NCBI GenBank assembly: GCA_045562675.1
Contig: JBJKVL010000010.1
Location: 22,284-86,283 of the forward strand
Origin: Dehalococcoidia bacterium
GTDB taxonomy: Bacteria > Chloroflexota > Dehalococcoidia > UBA2979
Length of the DNA: 64,000 nucleotides
Reading direction: 5' to 3'
In this document: in pieces, positions 59,200 to 64,000 of the stretch
Position numbering within the stretch: the first letter of the stretch is position 1
Layout of the letters: each line of letters begins with the position of its first letter
The notes under the pieces: generated by a model
What the model was told of the DNA's origin: nothing
The model's input: the letters and a program-made list of their open reading frames with translations, nothing else
The model's database searches: none
Program-made: the position numbers and the translations under genes

Positions 59200-60639
59200 T
59201 TAATGTGAGACTGAAAGCCTCATTGCTCTTGCTGCAGCATTGAAACTAGTAAAAACCGGTAAGCCCCTATCAACAGCAAGCTGAGTAACTTCTCGAGAAA
59301 CAGCTTCACGAGTAATATTTTCATTATCCGTCATCATAATAGTACTGGTTAAAGCATGTATGACAATTATAACTGGCATTTTATAAGTCGCTTTAAATTG
59401 ATTTAGTGCATCGAGAAATTGAATATATTGCTTTTTAGATTCTGTATATATTCTTGTGTTCATGTCTATAACTAAAGAACCAGTAATATTCTTATCTTTA
59501 CCAATAATCCTGAGAATTTTTTGCAAATTATCTACATCATTACCAATGGTAGAACCTGCATCAAATGGATTTCGATATGAACCACCAATAACATTAAAAA
59601 AATCAGACAATTTTTTGTAAGATTGTCTCGTAAGCTGAGGTATAACAAATCCTTGATCTTCAAAAGCATCTGTAATTGCAACTGACTGGCCACCAGTCAT
59701 TGTAATGAGCGCTAAAGATTCTCCAATCTTATATTTTTTATAATTTAATAACATTGCCACATTTGTTAATTCATCTAAAGAAGTTACGTTAATGCCTCCA
59801 GCATCTTCTATCAATTTTTGCCAGATAACATAGTTAGATGCCATGGAAGCAGTATGAGATGCCACAGCTCGCGCACCAGCATTATTTCTCCCACCCTTCC
59901 ATATTAAAACTGGCTTGTTAGATTTTTTAATTAGATTAATAAACCTTGCCCCATCTTTAACGCCTTCTAAATAAAAGGCAATGATGTCTGTCTGTTTATC
60001 TGTTATTAAATACTCTAGCAAATCACATTCATTGACAAATAATGCATTGCCAAATGATATTGCTCGAGCAACATTAATGCCATTTCTTTGAGCACCAACC
60101 GTTACATTCACTCCATGCGTACCACTTTGTGATAAAAAAGATAGATTATGATTTGTTATATTTGGTTTATTTTCAGCTATATTTTGCGCTGGGTGAAATC
60201 TTAATGAAATATTCTTATTATATATGCCCATACAATTTGGTCCAATGACAGGAATATCAGTTTGATTCATAAGAGCAATTAGTTGTTTTTGTAAATCAAT
60301 ACCAATTTTTTCTTTTGTTTCTTCAAAGCCAGCAGTAAAAAAATGAATACCCTGCACGTTTCTCTTGATTGCTTGTTGAGCAATAAATGGAGCAATCTGC
60401 CGTGGTACTGCTACTATCAGTAAATCAATTTGGCCGGGAATATCATCTAATGATGAAAAATTTTTCACGCCTAATTTTTTTATTCCTGGGATTTCATTTT
60501 TATCAATTTGCACAGAATACAAATTTCCTTTGAAATCTAACTGGGAAGATAAAAATTGATAGTTTGGGCCTTTTTCACCGACTACAACAACCGTTTTTGG
60601 ATTTAGCATTCTTTTTAATTTTTTAGGATTGATTTTCAC
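59200..60639 (-). CDS. ADP-forming acyl-CoA synthetase, alpha-like subunit (CoA-binding + CoA-ligase domains)
   Basis: 479 aa. NPKTVVVVGEKGP, IGPNCMGIYN, and SQSGTHGVNV (phospho-His loop context). Confidence 0.75.
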   Translation of the reverse strand: MKINPKKLKRMLNPKTVVVVGEKGPNYQFLSSQLDFKGNLYSVQIDKNEIPGIKKLGVKNFSSLDDIPGQIDLLIVAVPRQIAPFIAQQAIKRNVQGIHFFTAGFEETKEKIGIDLQKQLIALMNQTDIPVIGPNCMGIYNKNISLRFHPAQNIAENKPNITNHNLSFLSQSGTHGVNVTVGAQRNGINVARAISFGNALFVNECDLLEYLITDKQTDIIAFYLEGVKDGARFINLIKKSNKPVLIWKGGRNNAGARAVASHTASMASNYVIWQKLIEDAGGINVTSLDELTNVAMLLNYKKYKIGESLALITMTGGQSVAITDAFEDQGFVIPQLTRQSYKKLSDFFNVIGGSYRNPFDAGSTIGNDVDNLQKILRIIGKDKNITGSLVIDMNTRIYTESKKQYIQFLDALNQFKATYKMPVIIVIHALTSTIMMTDNENITREAVSREVTQLAVDRGLPVFTSFNAAARAMRLSVSH

Positions 60640-61361
60640 TGTATTACCTGCTGCTTTAAAACAATACGCGCATCGACTGCAAGCATTTCTTTACTATTAG
60701 CAATGACTGGATTAAGATCAACTTCCTCAATCTCTGGGTTGTCTTGAACAAATTTTGATACATTCAAAATTAAATTCTGTAATTTAATTAAATCGATTTT
60801 TGGAAAACCTCTAGCCCCCATAAGTATGTCTTTTGATTGTATTTCAGACAAAATATTTTTTGCATCAATTTTTCTCAAAGGAATTAATTTAAATGATACA
60901 TCCTTCATGAATTCTACAAAGACTCCGCCTAATCCAAACATTAATACTGGTCCAAATTGTTTATCAGTAGTAACACCTATTACCAATTCAATACCATCAT
61001 TGACCATTGGCTGAACTGCAATACCTTGTATGACTGCATGTTTATTAATTTTTTTCACTGCTTTCATCATAGACTTATAATTACGATCTACTTCTTTCAA
61101 GTTACTTATATCTAAAACTACTCCACCAACATCGGATTTGTGAGAAATATCATTTGAAACAATTTTCATTACTAATGGAAATTTTAATTTAGAGGCAATT
61201 TCTCTTGCTTCTTTAGCACTAGTAGCTAATTTTGTTGATACAACAGGAATCTTATATGATTTGACCAAATTCTTTGACTCAATTTCATTTAATAAATATC
61301 TTTTTTCCTGAAGAGCTGTGTTGATAATTTTATGCAATTTATTTGTCCTTAATAAAAACAA
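60636..61361 (-). CDS. ADP-forming acyl-CoA synthetase, beta-like subunit (ATP-grasp domain)
   Basis: 241 aa. LLNEIESKNLVKSYKIPVV, FPLVMKIVSNDISHKSDVGGVVLDI, EVDLNPV. ATGA overlap with the downstream alpha-like gene. Confidence 0.75.
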   Translation of the reverse strand: MFLLRTNKLHKIINTALQEKRYLLNEIESKNLVKSYKIPVVSTKLATSAKEAREIASKLKFPLVMKIVSNDISHKSDVGGVVLDISNLKEVDRNYKSMMKAVKKINKHAVIQGIAVQPMVNDGIELVIGVTTDKQFGPVLMFGLGGVFVEFMKDVSFKLIPLRKIDAKNILSEIQSKDILMGARGFPKIDLIKLQNLILNVSKFVQDNPEIEEVDLNPVIANSKEMLAVDARIVLKQQVIQ

Positions 61362-61464
61362 TATTATGATACCAAGTAAATTAAACTATGCATATCGAAT
61401 TATTGGAAAAAGGTTTTTAATATGTAATGCCATCTATTTATTGAATTAACCTATAATCTTATTA

Positions 61465-62070
61465 ATGAAAAATAATAAAGATACATATGCAGTAATTGGC
61501 CTAGGTAACCCGGGGCCTGCTTATATTGATTCAAGGCATAACATCGGCCAAAAAATTGTCAGTATGTATGTTGACAAATATAATACAAAATTTAAAAAAC
61601 AAAATAATCTTTTAGTTGCATCAATGAAAATACAAGAGAGACAAATTTTTTGTTTACAATCTACGGAATTTCTTAACAATAGTGGGAAAAGCTATTATAA
61701 TCTCATCAATAAGGAAGGCATACAAAACGATAAAATCATTTTGATTGCAGATGATATTGATATTAATGCAGGCAAATTTTTAATTCAGAAAAGTAAAAGT
61801 CATGGTGGCAATAATGGAATCAAATCATTATTTAATTACTTAAATGATGAGTCGCTGATAAGAATTAGAATTGGAGTTGACAGGCCAAATATTAATGACA
61901 AGCCAAGTTTTGAACCAGAAGAAATATCAAAATGGGTTTTAAGTAAGCCTCCAAAAGAAGAAGAGGGAAATATAAATAAAATTCTAGATCAAGCGATTTT
62001 ATCAATCGATACAATTATTGAATTCGGAATTGATTTTGCAATGAATAAATATAACGGTTTAAATCAATAG
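61465..62070 (+). CDS. pth: peptidyl-tRNA hydrolase
   Basis: 201 aa. IGLGNPGPAYIDSRHNIG, DDIDINAGKF, GHNGIKS. Confidence 0.9.
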   Translation: MKNNKDTYAVIGLGNPGPAYIDSRHNIGQKIVSMYVDKYNTKFKKQNNLLVASMKIQERQIFCLQSTEFLNNSGKSYYNLINKEGIQNDKIILIADDIDINAGKFLIQKSKSHGGNNGIKSLFNYLNDESLIRIRIGVDRPNINDKPSFEPEEISKWVLSKPPKEEEGNINKILDQAILSIDTIIEFGIDFAMNKYNGLNQ

Positions 62071-62088
62071 AATTACAAGGTTGCTACT

Positions 62089-64000
62089 TTGAAACTGTAT
62101 GGTTTAGTAAAATTACTAGCAAAACAAAAATATTTTAAGACAATGGATCTGGATAGAGCCAGATACACTATTGGGACTCCAGATACAGGGAAAAATATCT
62201 TGTATCCTTTGTTAAATTTGCATTACAAAAAAAATATTGTAATTATTGTAAGTAATCAGAATATTGCTCAAGAAACCTATGAATCAATAAAATATTACTC
62301 CAATAAAGAGATCATTTTATGTTCAGAAAATACAAATTTAATTTTTGAACCAAACCAATTGTCCAATGAATTAGTATCAGAAAAATTAAAATCTATTGCT
62401 GAAATTAACATAAATAGTAAATCCGAAAAAATTATTATTTTGTCTTGTCAAAGTGCAGTGCAAAAAACAATCACCAAAAAAGAGCTTTCTATTCATATCA
62501 TTGATTTATCAGTCAATTTAGATATTGATATAATAGAATTAATTGAAAAATTAATTCTAGTTGGTTACTCTTCAACGAATATTGTAAATAATATTGGTCA
62601 ATTTACCAAAAGAGGTGGTGTAGTTGATGTATTCCCAATAAATCATAGAGAAGCACTGCGCATTGAATTTGATGAAAGTCAAATTAAGTCATTAAGAACT
62701 TTTGATATCAAGTCACAGAGAACAGTAAAACACATTGATGAAATAAGCATATATCCTGCTAAAGAATGGATTTTTTCAGAAGATACAATACAAGCTAAAA
62801 AAAATTACCGATATAAAAAATTGCTAACTGAGATACCGGAAATCTTAGGACCATCTTTTTCTGAAAGCACGATTCTAGATCACATTAATAAAGATTTTTT
62901 ACTAGTCATTAATGAGCCTGCAGAAATCATCAATCAAATTAATGAAAATGAAGTTAATATAGCTCATGCTATGGGCCAATCAAATTTTTTAAAGGAACAT
63001 AAAATTAAAATTGCCAATCCAAATATTTCATTAAAAGAATATAACAAAATAACTTCGCAGTTTAACAACCAAATATCTCTAGATAGATGGGCATTAGAAG
63101 GAAAAAATAAAAAAAGAATTGCCATACATGAACAAGATGTTTTTTTTGAAAATATGAATGAATTCGCTCAAAAGATATTGGCAAAAAGTTTTTCAAATGA
63201 AACTACTATCATTATTAGTCAGCAGGCTCAGAGACTTGCTGAAATTTTCTATGAACATGATTGCGAGTTAAAAGTTCGTACTGCATTAGAGACACAATTA
63301 AGCATAGAAAAAATAAATCTTATTCAGGGCGCGTTAAATGAAGGATATATTATTGAAACTGAAAAAGAAATAATTAATATATTCACTGATAAAGAAATAT
63401 TTGGCGTCAAGAAAGTACGCAGATTATCCCAAAAAAAACTGATCAATATTATAGAGTCATTTAAAGAAGGCGACTTTGTCGTGCATGAAGATTATGGCAT
63501 TGCAAGATATCAAGGCTTAGTAAAAAGGAAAGTCGATAATAAAAATGAAGAATATATATATCTTCAATTTGCAGAAAACGATAAGTTATATTTGCCTACA
63601 ATAAACACGAAAAAAATAACAAAATATATAGCATCTTCATCCTTTGCCCCTAAGCTTAGTTCGCTTAATTCAAATAGATGGATTAAGATAAAGAAAAAAG
63701 CATACAACTCAATTGATGTTCTGGCAAATCAATTAATTTATATCTATTCTTCAAGAAAGAAAGTTAAGGGTCATAAATTTTCTAAAGATAATGAATGGCA
63801 AAAGAATCTTGAATTATCTTTTGAATATGAAGAGACTGATGATCAGAAAAAAGCTATTGCTGATGTCAAAACAGACATGGAGTCAACAGCACCTATGGAT
63901 CGATTAATTTGTGGAGATGTGGGTTTTGGTAAAACAGAAGTTGCTCTTAGAGCTGCATTTAAAGCAATTCAAGACGGCTTTCAAGTAGCAATATTAGTCC
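62089..64000 (+). CDS. mfd: transcription-repair coupling factor (5' part; continues beyond window)
   Basis: Absent from the track because it is open at the window end. My translation from TTG 62089 (AAGG 8 nt upstream) shows QFTKRGGVVDVFP...RIEFDESQIKSLRTFD..SQR, the CarD/TRCF domain EGDFVVHEDYGIARYQGL, and helicase motif I CGDVGFGKTEVALRAAF. Confidence 0.9.
   Translation, partial: MKLYGLVKLLAKQKYFKTMDLDRARYTIGTPDTGKNILYPLLNLHYKKNIVIIVSNQNIAQETYESIKYYSNKEIILCSENTNLIFEPNQLSNELVSEKLKSIAEININSKSEKIIILSCQSAVQKTITKKELSIHIIDLSVNLDIDIIELIEKLILVGYSSTNIVNNIGQFTKRGGVVDVFPINHREALRIEFDESQIKSLRTFDIKSQRTVKHIDEISIYPAKEWIFSEDTIQAKKNYRYKKLLTEIPEILGPSFSESTILDHINKDFLLVINEPAEIINQINENEVNIAHAMGQSNFLKEHKIKIANPNISLKEYNKITSQFNNQISLDRWALEGKNKKRIAIHEQDVFFENMNEFAQKILAKSFSNETTIIISQQAQRLAEIFYEHDCELKVRTALETQLSIEKINLIQGALNEGYIIETEKEIINIFTDKEIFGVKKVRRLSQKKLINIIESFKEGDFVVHEDYGIARYQGLVKRKVDNKNEEYIYLQFAENDKLYLPTINTKKITKYIASSSFAPKLSSLNSNRWIKIKKKAYNSIDVLANQLIYIYSSRKKVKGHKFSKDNEWQKNLELSFEYEETDDQKKAIADVKTDMESTAPMDRLICGDVGFGKTEVALRAAFKAIQDGFQVAILV

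Overview
AT-rich, tightly packed bacterial chromosomal segment with about 65 protein genes and 2 tRNAs. Many gene junctions are under 25 nt or overlap. Content is mostly housekeeping. DNA repair: uvrC, a XerC/D-type recombinase, an AlkA-like glycosylase, nfo, mfd and two different photolyases. Glycolysis: eno, gap. Ribosome: rpsP-KH-rimM. Nucleotide and folate metabolism: nrdJ, thyX, dut, pyrE, folP. Also gltB, acyl-CoA metabolism (three family-III CoA-transferases, fabF, a two-gene ADP-forming acyl-CoA synthetase), two ABC exporters, and a co-directional plsY-to-nuoG array. I found no transposase, integrase, phage, CRISPR or recognisable defence genes. The rpsP-KH-rimM order and the CoA-transferase load fit a streamlined marine Gram-positive-type or Chloroflexota-like lineage, but taxonomy cannot be settled from this window. 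Main observations: (1) an in-frame TGA at the redox-Cys position of a peroxiredoxin-like protein, with a downstream hairpin, is a candidate selenoprotein; (2) a stand-alone degenerate Ffh M-domain ORF sits in the ffh slot upstream of rpsP; (3) S16 carries a ~150-aa acidic tail encoded by near-perfect tandem repeats; (4) a decayed copy of the tRNA-Arg 3' half brackets a rhomboid gene, next to orphan genes; (5) two neighbouring genes are each broken by a 1-nt frameshift; (6) a MidA/NDUFAF7-type methyltransferase, an IscU-like scaffold and a MocA-like gene lie directly upstream of an out-of-context nuoI-nuoG pair. All calls rest on my reading of translations and motifs; no database search was run.
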